Program-made: the position numbers and the translations under genes
Part shown: in pieces, positions 36,799 through 45,816 of the stretch
Layout of the letters: the number at the start of each line of letters is the position of its first letter
How positions within the stretch are numbered: position 1 is the stretch's first letter
Source: Pyrinomonadaceae bacterium
GTDB taxonomy: Bacteria > Acidobacteriota > Blastocatellia > Pyrinomonadales > Pyrinomonadaceae
DNA: 64,000 bases
NCBI GenBank assembly: GCA_030841105.1
Contig: JAVEDE010000012.1
Location: 7,079 to 71,078 of the forward strand
Direction of reading: 5' to 3'
Notes under the pieces: model-generated
Database searches by the model: none
Seen by the model: only the letters and a program-made list of their open reading frames with translations
Told to the model about the DNA's origin: nothing

Positions 36799-38186
36799 AA
36801 GAGACGCGCGCGAACTCCGCGATGCATCGCGCGGCTGTGATTCATCGCTCGGCGGTGTGGGTGAATGTGCTGCTCCTCGCGCTCGGCCTCGCGTCGCTCG
36901 CGCTCTACAGGTACGGCCTCGGCTTCGACAAAAGTCATAAACTACAGATCGTCTGGTTCATCAAAATCGCGCTGGCGCAGTGTGCGCTCTACGCGCTCGC
37001 GGCGTGGGTCGTGTGGCGCGCGGGCGCGCGGCGTTCGACGCTGCTGGTCGTCGTCATCTTCGCGGCATTGTTTCGTCTGAGCGTGTTGTTCGCGCCGCCG
37101 CTTTTGTCGGACGACATTTATCGTTACGTCTGGGACGGGCGCGTGCAGGCCGCGGGCATCAACCCTTACCGTTACGTCCCGGCCGACGACGCGCTCGCCG
37201 CTTTGCGCGACGCAAGTATCTACCCGAACATCAACCGGCGCGACTTCGCGCCGACCATCTACCCGCCGCTCGCGCAGTTGATCTTTTTCGTCGTGACGCG
37301 CGTGAGCGAATCGGTGTGGTGGATGAAGGTCGTGATGGTGTTGTTCGAGTCGGCCGGGTTGTGCGCGCTCGGCGCGCTGCTCGCTTCGTTCAAACTGCCG
37401 CCGCAGCGCGTACTGCTCGCCGCGTGGCATCCGCTCGCCGTGTGGGAGATTGCGGGCAGCGGACATCTGGACGCGCTCGTCATCTGCTTCGTCGCCTTCG
37501 CGTTGCTGGCGCGGCGCAAGGAGTGGGAGAGTTTCACGGGCGCGCTGCTGGCGTCGGCCGTGCTCGTCAAATTATTTCCACTCGTGCTGTTGCCCGCGTT
37601 CTATCGCAGGGGAAGTTGGCGGATGCCGCTGGCGTTCGTCGTCACGCTCGCGGCGGGTTACGCGCCGTATCTGTCGGTCGGCGCGCGGCGCGTGCTCGGT
37701 TATCTGCCGGGTTACACGGGCGAGGAGGGATTACAGAGCGGCGAGCGATTTTTTCTGCTGCAACTCACGCGTGCTCTCTTCGGCGAGTCGCGCTTCGCGT
37801 TCGCGGCTTACGTCGCGTTCGCGCTGTTAGTCATGGGCGCGCTCGCCGTTTGGTGTCTGCTCAAACGCGAACGCGACGGACGCGATTACGTGCGGCGCGC
37901 GGCCTTGCTGGCGACGGCGTTCACCGTCCTGTTGTCGCCGCATTACACTTGGTACTTCGCGTGGCTCGTCGTCTTCATGTGCGTCGCGGGCGCGCACACG
38001 CTTGCGCCGCTGCTGTGTCTGACGGCCGCATCGTTCATGCTCTACGGCACTTGGCTCGGCGACGCACCCGCCGACATGCTGCGGCTCAACGCGTCTATCT
38101 ATCTGCCGGCCGTCGTGCTCGTCGTCATCGCGTGTTATTGGCGGCGCGGCGCGAAGAGAGTTGATAACTTGCGCGCGGCGACTTGA
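36795..38186 (+). CDS. Polytopic membrane glycosyltransferase (GT87/DUF2029-like)
   Basis: Over 10 TM segments and a DDIYRYVWDGRVQAAGINPYRYVP loop. ATGA start/stop overlap with the upstream gene. Confidence 0.75.
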   Translation: MKETRANSAMHRAAVIHRSAVWVNVLLLALGLASLALYRYGLGFDKSHKLQIVWFIKIALAQCALYALAAWVVWRAGARRSTLLVVVIFAALFRLSVLFAPPLLSDDIYRYVWDGRVQAAGINPYRYVPADDALAALRDASIYPNINRRDFAPTIYPPLAQLIFFVVTRVSESVWWMKVVMVLFESAGLCALGALLASFKLPPQRVLLAAWHPLAVWEIAGSGHLDALVICFVAFALLARRKEWESFTGALLASAVLVKLFPLVLLPAFYRRGSWRMPLAFVVTLAAGYAPYLSVGARRVLGYLPGYTGEEGLQSGERFFLLQLTRALFGESRFAFAAYVAFALLVMGALAVWCLLKRERDGRDYVRRAALLATAFTVLLSPHYTWYFAWLVVFMCVAGAHTLAPLLCLTAASFMLYGTWLGDAPADMLRLNASIYLPAVVLVVIACYWRRGAKRVDNLRAAT

Positions 38187-38246
38187 AGTAGTTGGGGGCG
38201 GCGACGTGAAGCAGTTGCGGTAAACGAACGGGGAGGGGATGAGAAG

Positions 38247-39395
38247 TTGACGCGACAATTAAGCAACGGACGGCGCGCGCTGGTGACGGGCGGCGCGGGA
38301 CTCATCGGCTCGCACCTCGTCGATCTCTTGATCGGCGAGGGCTGGCGCGTGCGCATACTCGATAACCTTGAACCGAACACGCACCGCGAGGGACGCCCCG
38401 CGTGGATCAACGCGGCGGCCGAATTTGTCGAAGGCGACGTGCGCGACCGCGCGACCGTCGCCGCCGCGCTCGCGGGCGTCGAGGTCGTCTTTCATCAGGC
38501 GGCCTACGGCGGTTACATGCCGGAGATTTCAAAGTACGTGGGCGTCAACAGTTTCGGCACGGCGCAGTTGCTCGAAGTGATCCGCGACGAGAATCTGCCC
38601 GTCAGGAAAGTCGTCGTCGCCTCGTCGCAGGCGGTCTACAGCGAGGGCGCGGGGCTATGTCCGGGGGAGCACGGGTTGGTCTTTCCCGCGGTGCGACCCG
38701 TCGCCCAACTGCGCGCCGGAGACTTCGGCGTCCACTGTCCCATGTGCGACCGCGCGACCGTTCCTGCGCCCACGCCCGAACACGCGCCCATCGGCGGCGA
38801 GACCGTCTACGCCATCACGAAAGTTGATCAGGAGCGGCTCGTGCTGACGTGGGGGCGGCAGACGGGCGTGCCCACCGTCGCCCTGCGCTACTCCTGCACC
38901 TACGGGCCGCGCCAGTCCGTCTTCAACCCTTACACCGGCGTCATCGCCATCTTCTGCACGCGCCTCTTGAACGGACAGCCGCCCGTGCTCTACGAAGACG
39001 GCGAACAGACGCGCGACTTCTCGTTCGTCGAAGACATCGCGCGCGCGAACCTGCTCGCGGCGACGACAGACAAACTCGACGGCCTCGCCGTGAACGTCGG
39101 GAGCGGCGAGGCGACCAGCATCCGCGAGATCGCGCGCCTCGTCGCTGACGCGCTTGACGTGTCCGTCGAGCCAATCGCGCGCGGCGAGTTTCGCCCCGGC
39201 GAGATGCGACACCTCATCTCCGACACGACGCGCATCCGCGCCGCGGGCTACGAGCCGCAAGTTCCGCTCGCCGCGGGCATCCGCCGCTACATCGAATGGA
39301 TCGGCGGGCAGATGGACGTGCGCGACTACTTCGCCGCCGCCGAGACGCTGCTGCGCGCGAAAGGCATCGTGCATCGCGTGGGAGAGGAAAGTTGA
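38247..39395 (+). CDS. NAD-dependent epimerase/dehydratase (extended SDR)
   Basis: ALVTGGAGLIGSHLVDLL Rossmann motif and YAITK catalytic YxxxK. TTG start with a GGAGGGG RBS. Confidence 0.9.
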   Translation: MTRQLSNGRRALVTGGAGLIGSHLVDLLIGEGWRVRILDNLEPNTHREGRPAWINAAAEFVEGDVRDRATVAAALAGVEVVFHQAAYGGYMPEISKYVGVNSFGTAQLLEVIRDENLPVRKVVVASSQAVYSEGAGLCPGEHGLVFPAVRPVAQLRAGDFGVHCPMCDRATVPAPTPEHAPIGGETVYAITKVDQERLVLTWGRQTGVPTVALRYSCTYGPRQSVFNPYTGVIAIFCTRLLNGQPPVLYEDGEQTRDFSFVEDIARANLLAATTDKLDGLAVNVGSGEATSIREIARLVADALDVSVEPIARGEFRPGEMRHLISDTTRIRAAGYEPQVPLAAGIRRYIEWIGGQMDVRDYFAAAETLLRAKGIVHRVGEES

Positions 39396-39566
39396 TGAAA
39401 GATGAATGATGAACGATGAAGGGGAAGCCGCCCGTTGTCCGCCGTCAGTTGTCAGTTGCATGTGCCTTTCGCATGAGTCGCTAAAGATTGTCTTGAACAA
39501 CTGACGACGGACAACCGACGGCGGACAACTGACAGCTTTTACTTCATCGTTAGTTTTAGTTGACCG
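39394..39566. repeat. Composite heptad inverted repeat (GATGAAN x4, then CGTTGTC/CAACTGA-type arms)
   Basis: gatgaaA gatgaaT gatgaaC gatgaaG starts at the epimerase stop. cgttgtc cgccgtc agttgtc agttgca faces caactga cgacgga caaccga cggcgga caactga. acttcatcgtt closes the outer arm. Confidence 0.85.
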
Positions 39567-39627
39567 CAAGTGTGAAGGGAGTAGAATCCTGAGGCTCGTT
39601 GACATGCTTCGAGGAGACAAAACAAAT

Positions 39628-41253
39628 ATGCGTCTTGCGTTCAAGCTCGCGGTCGCCGGTTTATTCCTTTCGCTGTGTGCGTCGGCGTCGCTCGGACAGG
39701 TCTCTTGCCCGTTCGGCACGACCGACACCGACCGCCTCGCCAGATGCCTGCTCCGCCCCGTCCGGCGCGGCGGCAACCTCGGCCCCACGCCCGCCACGTT
39801 GCCCGCGCCGCTCGACGCGCTCATCGGCAAGCCCATGAACGTGAGCGCGGAGAAACTGCAAGCACACCTGCGCGCGCGCGGCATCAAAGAGGCCGACCTC
39901 GGCGGCGCGCTCGTCTTCCGCGGCGGTCGGTTCGTGAACGACCTGACGCGCGCGCGTTACTTCGTCTTCCACGACACGAGTTTCCCGGAAATCAACGCGG
40001 CCGATTTTCCCGCCGACATCAACGCCGCGTCGTGGCGTTTCAACCGCCTCTCCGTGTGGCTCGCGACGCCCACGCCGACGCACGTCTTCGTCAACCGCCT
40101 CGGCGAGTCAGCGACGAAAGCGAACTTCAGCCAGAACGTCAACGGGACGAAGTATGATTCGGGGCGCGACGCGCCGCCGGGCGCGGAGAGGAGTCGCCGC
40201 GCGGCGGCGCGCGCCGGGCAGTTCATACACATCGAGTTGGTGCAGCCGCGGCGCAAATCCAACCCCCGCACGTTCTTCGATCTCGGCCCGACTCCGGGCA
40301 TGACCGCGAAGCAACTCGACCGCCTCGCGCTGCTCTACGTCGCGGCCAGCGTGCGCGCGGGGCGTTGGCTGCTCCCGGCCTTCCACCTCGCCGTTGACAG
40401 CCCGCTGCGCGATGCGCACGACGATCCCCAAAACTTCGACCTCGACGTGTGGCTCGGCAACCTGCGCACGCTGCTGTCCGATGTCGAAGCGGCGTCCGTC
40501 GCTCCAGATGGGGGTGGAACGGACGCGCCGCTTGGCGGAAGCGTGTCGGCGGGCAGTCTCACCGCCGCCGACTTCAACTTGCCCGAACCGACCGCCGCGA
40601 CGCGCGGCGAACGTCTCACGCTCTGGTCAACTTTCTATCACGTCTTCCCGGCGCGCCAACTCGACGGCGGGCAGCCGCTCTTAGGGACAAACGGGCGCAG
40701 CCTCGGCGCGTCGGTCAGCGCGAGCGACTGGTGCAACGCGGCTCTGGAAGGGACGGTGGCGGTGTCGAACGGCGCGGGCGCGACCCGCACCTTCAACTTC
40801 TCCGACAGGGGCGGCGGGCGACAACTCGACTGCTCGCGCTTCTTTCCGAGCGTGGCGCGCGCGACGATCAACGCGCTCGCGCGCACGCGTTTCGAGATCG
40901 CACGCGGCGCGTTCGGCACGGGCGTGCGCGGCATGGCGCTCGTGCCGTATCGTTCCATCGCCGTGGACAACCGACAGCGGCCGATCCCTTTCGGCGCGGT
41001 CGTCTTCATCCCGCAGGCGCGCGGCAAAGAGATCTTGTTGCCGTCGGGCGCGACCGCGAGGCACGACGGCTACTTCTTCGCCGCCGACACGGGTGGCCTG
41101 ATCAAGCTGAATCACATAGACGTGTTCAGCGGCACGAACGCGCGCAACCCGTTCCCCGAATTTATCAAGAGCCGCGAGACCGGCACGTTCACGGCCTTCT
41201 TCATCAACGACCCGGCCATCACCGCGCGCCTGACGGCAGCGCACCGGCCGTAG
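39628..41253 (+). CDS. Secreted peptidoglycan-related protein with C-terminal 3D (MltA/RlpA-like) domain
   Basis: Signal peptide MRLAFKLAVAGLFLSLCASASLG. Amidase-like YFVFHDTS...FIHIELVQP. C-terminal ...YRSIAVD...IPFGAVVFIP...DGYFFAADTGGLIKLNHIDVFSG. Confidence 0.65.
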   Translation: MRLAFKLAVAGLFLSLCASASLGQVSCPFGTTDTDRLARCLLRPVRRGGNLGPTPATLPAPLDALIGKPMNVSAEKLQAHLRARGIKEADLGGALVFRGGRFVNDLTRARYFVFHDTSFPEINAADFPADINAASWRFNRLSVWLATPTPTHVFVNRLGESATKANFSQNVNGTKYDSGRDAPPGAERSRRAAARAGQFIHIELVQPRRKSNPRTFFDLGPTPGMTAKQLDRLALLYVAASVRAGRWLLPAFHLAVDSPLRDAHDDPQNFDLDVWLGNLRTLLSDVEAASVAPDGGGTDAPLGGSVSAGSLTAADFNLPEPTAATRGERLTLWSTFYHVFPARQLDGGQPLLGTNGRSLGASVSASDWCNAALEGTVAVSNGAGATRTFNFSDRGGGRQLDCSRFFPSVARATINALARTRFEIARGAFGTGVRGMALVPYRSIAVDNRQRPIPFGAVVFIPQARGKEILLPSGATARHDGYFFAADTGGLIKLNHIDVFSGTNARNPFPEFIKSRETGTFTAFFINDPAITARLTAAHRP

Positions 41254-41360
41254 CATCATCAGCGCGCCGCACCAACCGTCGCAGTTGACCGCGCCACGCA
41301 CCGGCCGTCGGAGTTGACTGCACAACACATCGGCCGTCGTAGTTGACCGTGCGGCACTGA
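41240..41360. repeat. Four ~29-bp tandem units (gcaccggccgtcgNagttgac...) beginning inside the 3' end of the upstream CDS
   Basis: gcaccggccgtag / gcaccaaccgtcgcagttgac / gcaccggccgtcggagttgac / catcggccgtcgtagttgac. These are followed by CGACTTC repeats at 41371-41417. Confidence 0.8.
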
Positions 41361-41367
41361 CAAGAGT

Positions 41368-42147
41368 TTGTCCGACTTCCATAGTTCGTCCGACTTCACT
41401 CGACTTCAAACGACTTCACACAACCTCGAAGTGACTACACGTGCCGCACACACGACCGCGCGCGTCTCCGTCGTCATCCCCGCCTTGAACGAGGAGGAGA
41501 CGATTGCGGCGGTCGTGCGCGAAGTGCCGCGCGCGATCGCGTCGGAGGTGATCGTGGTTGATAACGGGAGCGACGACCGCACGGCGGAGCGTGCGCGCGA
41601 GGCCGGGGCGCGCGTCGTCTCCGAGCCGCGGCGCGGTTACGGGCGCGCGTGTCGCGCGGGCGTCGAGGCGGTCGAGCCGTCGTGCGAGATCATAGTTTTT
41701 CTGGACGGCGACGGGAGCGATTGCCCGGAGTTGATGGATCGTCTGGTCGCGCCTATAGGAGCGGGCGCGCAGGATTTCGTCATCGGCTCGCGCACGCGCG
41801 GGCAACGCGAACGGGGCAGCATGAACTTCTCCCAACTCTTCGCCGGGCGCGCGGCGGGTCTCATCGTCGGCGCGCTCTACGGCGTGCGCTACACGGACAT
41901 GTGCCCGTTTCGCGCGATCAGGCGCGACGCGCTCGCGCGCCTCAAGATGCGCGAGGAGACTTACGGTTGGAATCTGGAGATGCAGATGCGCGCGGCGCGC
42001 GCCCGTTTGCGCGTGCTCGAAGTGCCGGTCGCGCATCGCCGTCGCGCGGGCGGCGAGTCGAAAGTGTCGGGCACTTTGCAAGGCACAATCCGCGCCGGGA
42101 CGCGCATCCTTTACACGGTCGCGCGCATCGCATGGGAGCGCACCTGA
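41368..42147 (+). CDS. Glycosyltransferase family 2 (dolichyl-phosphate sugar synthase-like)
   Basis: VSVVIPALNEEETI, VVDNGSDDRT and FLDGDGSD (DxD). The first 21 codons are repeat-encoded. An alternative GTG start is at 41431. Confidence 0.8.
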   Translation: MSDFHSSSDFTRLQTTSHNLEVTTRAAHTTARVSVVIPALNEEETIAAVVREVPRAIASEVIVVDNGSDDRTAERAREAGARVVSEPRRGYGRACRAGVEAVEPSCEIIVFLDGDGSDCPELMDRLVAPIGAGAQDFVIGSRTRGQRERGSMNFSQLFAGRAAGLIVGALYGVRYTDMCPFRAIRRDALARLKMREETYGWNLEMQMRAARARLRVLEVPVAHRRRAGGESKVSGTLQGTIRAGTRILYTVARIAWERT

Positions 42148-42189
42148 CAGGCCGCCCGGACACGACGACTAAGACAACCCAAGGCTTTT

Positions 42190-44076
42190 ATGAAATACAA
42201 CGGAACACTCGCCGCGCTCGTCCTCGCCTCGACGCTCGCGTTCGCGACGCCCGCGTTCGCGCAAGAGCCGACGCCCGCGACGCCCGCCGCTGCGGGCGCA
42301 GTCGAGCAGGCCGACGAACAGGCGGAACTTGAGCGGAAGGCTCTGGCCTTGCTCGAAGAAGTGATCGGCGAAACGTCCACTTTGAAACTCGTCGAGAATC
42401 GCATCCGCTTGCAGGCGGCCGCGGCGGAGATGCTCTGGCCGCGCAATCAGGAACGCGCCCGCGAGATTTTCAATGCGGCGGCAAACGACCTCGCCGCCGT
42501 CGCGGCAGGCATCGAGACGGACGACCCGCAGTATTACCACCTTACGAACGCGACCTCGCAGTTGCGCCAGCGGATGCTCGGCGTGATCGCCGAACGCGAC
42601 CCGAAACTCGCGCTCGAATTCCTGCGCGCGACGCGCCCGCCGCCTCCCCCCGCGCAATCAAACTCGAACTACCGCCAGCCCGATCAGGAACTCGCTCTCG
42701 AAGCGCAACTCGCGCAGCAGATCGCCGCGCGCGATCCGCAGCAAGCACTGCGCCTCGCCGAAGAAGTCTTGAGCCGCGGCCTCTCCTCGAACCTCATGCC
42801 GTTGCTCGATCAACTGCGCACGCGCGACCCGGAAGGCGCGTCGCGGCTCGCCGCAAGCATCGTCAGGAGACTCCGCACCGCGAACTTCGCCGCCGACTAC
42901 GAGGCGACCAACATCGCCAGCCATCTTTTGCTCTCGACGCGCCCGTCCGAGAACGTCAACATCAATGTCAACGACCAACAGCAGACGGCGATTGTCGCCG
43001 GACAGAACACGGCGCGGCGTCTACAGTTGGACGAACAGGCGCGGCGCGATCTCGTCGGCCTGCTCGCTAACGCGGCGGTCAACAGCGCGGGCAGCAGCGC
43101 GCGGCAGTCGGGTAACGTGGGCGGGTTGCTGTCCACGGTGCGGCAGTTGATGCCGGAAGTGGAACGCTACGCGCCCGCGCAGGTGGCGGGCGTGCGCCGT
43201 CGTCTGGAAGGCTACGAGCGTCGGGCGGAGGGCATCAGCGCGAGACGCGAGTTCCGGCAAATACCGGAGACGGCCACGCCGGACGCGCTCATCGAAGCGG
43301 CGGCGAAGGCCACGCCGGAGATGCGAGAGCAACTCTACCGCACGGCGGCGTGGAGGGCTTTCAATCAAGGCAACACGGAGCGCGCGCGGCAGATCGTCAA
43401 CAACCACATCGAGGGCGCAGGGCAGCGCGATCAGATGTTGAAGGAACTCGACCAGCAGTTGTTCTGGCGCGCCGCCTCGGAAGGCAAGATCGATCAGGCG
43501 CAGGCCGTGCTCGCCCGCATCAAGTCAACGGAAGAACGCGTCGGGATGTTGTTGCAACTGGCGCGCGTCACTTCGGGCAAGGGCAACACGACGGCCGCGG
43601 CCGGGTTTCTGGACGAGGCCTGGAACTTGATCGGCGGGCGCGCGAAAGGCCAGTCGCAGTTCGCCATGCAGTTGCAACTCGCCTACGACTACGCGCAGAT
43701 CGCGCCGCCGCGCGGCTTCGAGATCGTCGAGGCGAGCATCACGCATTTGAATGAACTTGTCGCGGCGGCGGCCGTGCTGGATGGCTTCGGGCAGGAGGCT
43801 TTCGCGCAGGACGAACTGAAAGGGCAGGACGGCTACGTGTGGGGTTCGCTTGCCACGCAATGCAACGAGGCGCTGGCCGCGCTCGCGCCGCTCGACTTCG
43901 ACCACACGCGTTCCGCCGCCGACCGCCTGCAACGCCCCGAGCTACGGCTCCCCGCGCGCCTCGCCGTCGCGCGCGCCATCCTCTTGAGAGAAACGCAGCG
44001 GAACAACTTCAACGGCCGCCCGATACAGGGTCGGCGCGGCGGGCGCGGCGGCTTCGTCATACTCAACGAAGACTAA
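42190..44076 (+). CDS. Secreted all-helical hypothetical protein
   Basis: Signal peptide MKYNGTLAALVLASTLAFATPAFAQ. 628 aa, high GC3, helical-repeat-like. I recognise no family. Confidence 0.65.
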   Translation: MKYNGTLAALVLASTLAFATPAFAQEPTPATPAAAGAVEQADEQAELERKALALLEEVIGETSTLKLVENRIRLQAAAAEMLWPRNQERAREIFNAAANDLAAVAAGIETDDPQYYHLTNATSQLRQRMLGVIAERDPKLALEFLRATRPPPPPAQSNSNYRQPDQELALEAQLAQQIAARDPQQALRLAEEVLSRGLSSNLMPLLDQLRTRDPEGASRLAASIVRRLRTANFAADYEATNIASHLLLSTRPSENVNINVNDQQQTAIVAGQNTARRLQLDEQARRDLVGLLANAAVNSAGSSARQSGNVGGLLSTVRQLMPEVERYAPAQVAGVRRRLEGYERRAEGISARREFRQIPETATPDALIEAAAKATPEMREQLYRTAAWRAFNQGNTERARQIVNNHIEGAGQRDQMLKELDQQLFWRAASEGKIDQAQAVLARIKSTEERVGMLLQLARVTSGKGNTTAAAGFLDEAWNLIGGRAKGQSQFAMQLQLAYDYAQIAPPRGFEIVEASITHLNELVAAAAVLDGFGQEAFAQDELKGQDGYVWGSLATQCNEALAALAPLDFDHTRSAADRLQRPELRLPARLAVARAILLRETQRNNFNGRPIQGRRGGRGGFVILNED

Positions 44077-44088
44077 CGCCACGTTTGA

Positions 44089-44928
44089 TTATTCCCGCGC
44101 GCGGAAGACGAGGAAGTAATCCATCCCGTCGGGCTTCACGAAGTCGTGTTGCTCGACGAGCGCGAAGCCCGCGCGTGCGGCTTCGGCGATCACCTTCTTG
44201 TCGTCCAGCCCGTGGTCGTCGCCCGCGCCGTTGCGGTCTATGACGCCGACAAGCGCGCCCGCGCTCAGCGAGCGTCGCAGGTTACGCATCAAGCGGATCG
44301 GCTCGGCGATCTCGTGGTAAGTTTTCAAGATGAGCACGGCGTCAACGCCTGCGGCGGGCAGCAGCGGGTCGTCTTCACGGCCGAGCACGGCGCGCACGTT
44401 CGCCAGCCCCTCACGCGCGGCGCGTTCCTCGATGTGCTTCAGATACTCGCGGTTGATCTCGACGGCATAGACAGACCCTTTCGCGCCGACACGCCGCGCG
44501 GCGCGCACCGTGAACCAGCCCGACCCCGCGCCGATGTCGGCCACGCGCGAGCCTTCCTTGATCTGCAAAATATCCATCACGCGGTTGATCTGTAGTTTCT
44601 CTTCGCGCTTCGCGTCCTCGAAGATCGAGAGGCTGCCCTTGTAAGGGTCGCTCGTCGGGCGGTCGAGTTTGTCTGCATCGCGCGCCGGAGTTTGCGCAGT
44701 CTTAGGTTGTTGCCCGGTCGTCGCCGAGAAATTGTCGAGGGCGACATCGAGAGTTCCACGCTCGAACTGCTGTGGAAGAGGCGTGCCGAGCGAACCGCCG
44801 AGCAAGGTGAAACTCGCCGCCGCGCAGATGAAGAGTTTGATCGTCAGCGACCACGGTTTGCGATCCACTCCCGCCTCCGCCGTCTCCGCGCGTGTCGAGT
44901 TTTCGTTATCGTCTATTTCGTCAGGCAT
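44089..44928 (-). CDS. Class I SAM-dependent methyltransferase with N-terminal membrane/signal anchor
   Basis: VADIGAGSGWFTVRAARRV (motif I), VYAVEIN and DAVLILKTYHE. Confidence 0.8.
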   Translation of the reverse strand: MPDEIDDNENSTRAETAEAGVDRKPWSLTIKLFICAAASFTLLGGSLGTPLPQQFERGTLDVALDNFSATTGQQPKTAQTPARDADKLDRPTSDPYKGSLSIFEDAKREEKLQINRVMDILQIKEGSRVADIGAGSGWFTVRAARRVGAKGSVYAVEINREYLKHIEERAAREGLANVRAVLGREDDPLLPAAGVDAVLILKTYHEIAEPIRLMRNLRRSLSAGALVGVIDRNGAGDDHGLDDKKVIAEAARAGFALVEQHDFVKPDGMDYFLVFRARE

Positions 44929-44952
44929 GACTTGTCAGATGAGCGGCCTGCT

Positions 44953-45816
44953 TCAAGCGGTTGCCGCTGCGCTCTCCTTGCGTGCGATGATCTGCGCGTA
45001 GCGCGCGACGGCCGCGAATTCGGGGCGCGCGCCGAGCGTCAGTTCAAACGAGAGCAGGCGCGCGTAAGCGTCCGGCGTATCGGAGAGCGCGGCGGGCAGG
45101 TAGTCAGCGACGACGCGCACGCCGCGTTCGGCGACGACACGCAGCCCCGCGCCCGTCGCCAACTCGCCGAGCGAGCGCGCGTCGAAAAGTCTGGCGGGGC
45201 CGCCGTAGAGAGATTCGTTGACCTGTTCGGCCGCGAGCGCGCGCTCCGCTTCGTCCAGGTCGTGCGCCTTCAAGACGGCGCGCATGGCCTCGCCCGCGCG
45301 GTTGCGCGCGACGAGCGAGACGAGGCCGCCCGGTTTGACGAGCGCGGCCAGCGAGAGCGCGGCGGCGCGCGGGTCGGAGACGTATTCGAGGACGTTGTGA
45401 CAGACGGCCGCGTCGAACGTCTGCGGCGCGAAAAGTTCGTGCGCGCGTTCGGCCGCGGACTGGTGGAAGGTGACGCGCGCAGCGTCGGGCGTTGTGGATG
45501 CGTCGAGCGTTGTGGATGCGTCTGGCGTTGCGGCGCGGGCGGCGTCGGCGGCGATGGCGAGCATCGTCGCGGAAGGGTCAACGACCGCGACGCGCCAGCC
45601 GAGCGCGGCGAAGCGCAACGCGAGCGCGCCCGTGCCGCCGCCGAGGTCGAGCGCGCGTCTCTCGCCCGTCGCGTCGAGTTTCGATTGCGGCGCGTTCGAC
45701 TCGTTGATGACGGAGAGAAAATTCTCCCAAGCGATGTCGAGACGCAGACGCCCTTCGACAGTCTGCAAGTAGGCGGCGTAGGCGGGCGCGCCCGATTCAA
45801 AGCGTGCGTCCGTCAT
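44953..45816 (-). CDS. Class I SAM-dependent methyltransferase (translationally coupled to selD)
   Basis: It starts at MTDARFESG. Motif I is [16 protein letters not shown], and CHNVLEYV is also present. Its ATG overlaps the selD TGA (ATGA at 45816-45813). Only the last 287 codons of the 543-aa ORF-track entry are used. Confidence 0.75.
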   Translation of the reverse strand: MTDARFESGAPAYAAYLQTVEGRLRLDIAWENFLSVINESNAPQSKLDATGERRALDLGGGTGALALRFAALGWRVAVVDPSATMLAIAADAARAATPDASTTLDASTTPDAARVTFHQSAAERAHELFAPQTFDAAVCHNVLEYVSDPRAAALSLAALVKPGGLVSLVARNRAGEAMRAVLKAHDLDEAERALAAEQVNESLYGGPARLFDARSLGELATGAGLRVVAERGVRVVADYLPAALSDTPDAYARLLSFELTLGARPEFAAVARYAQIIARKESAAATA

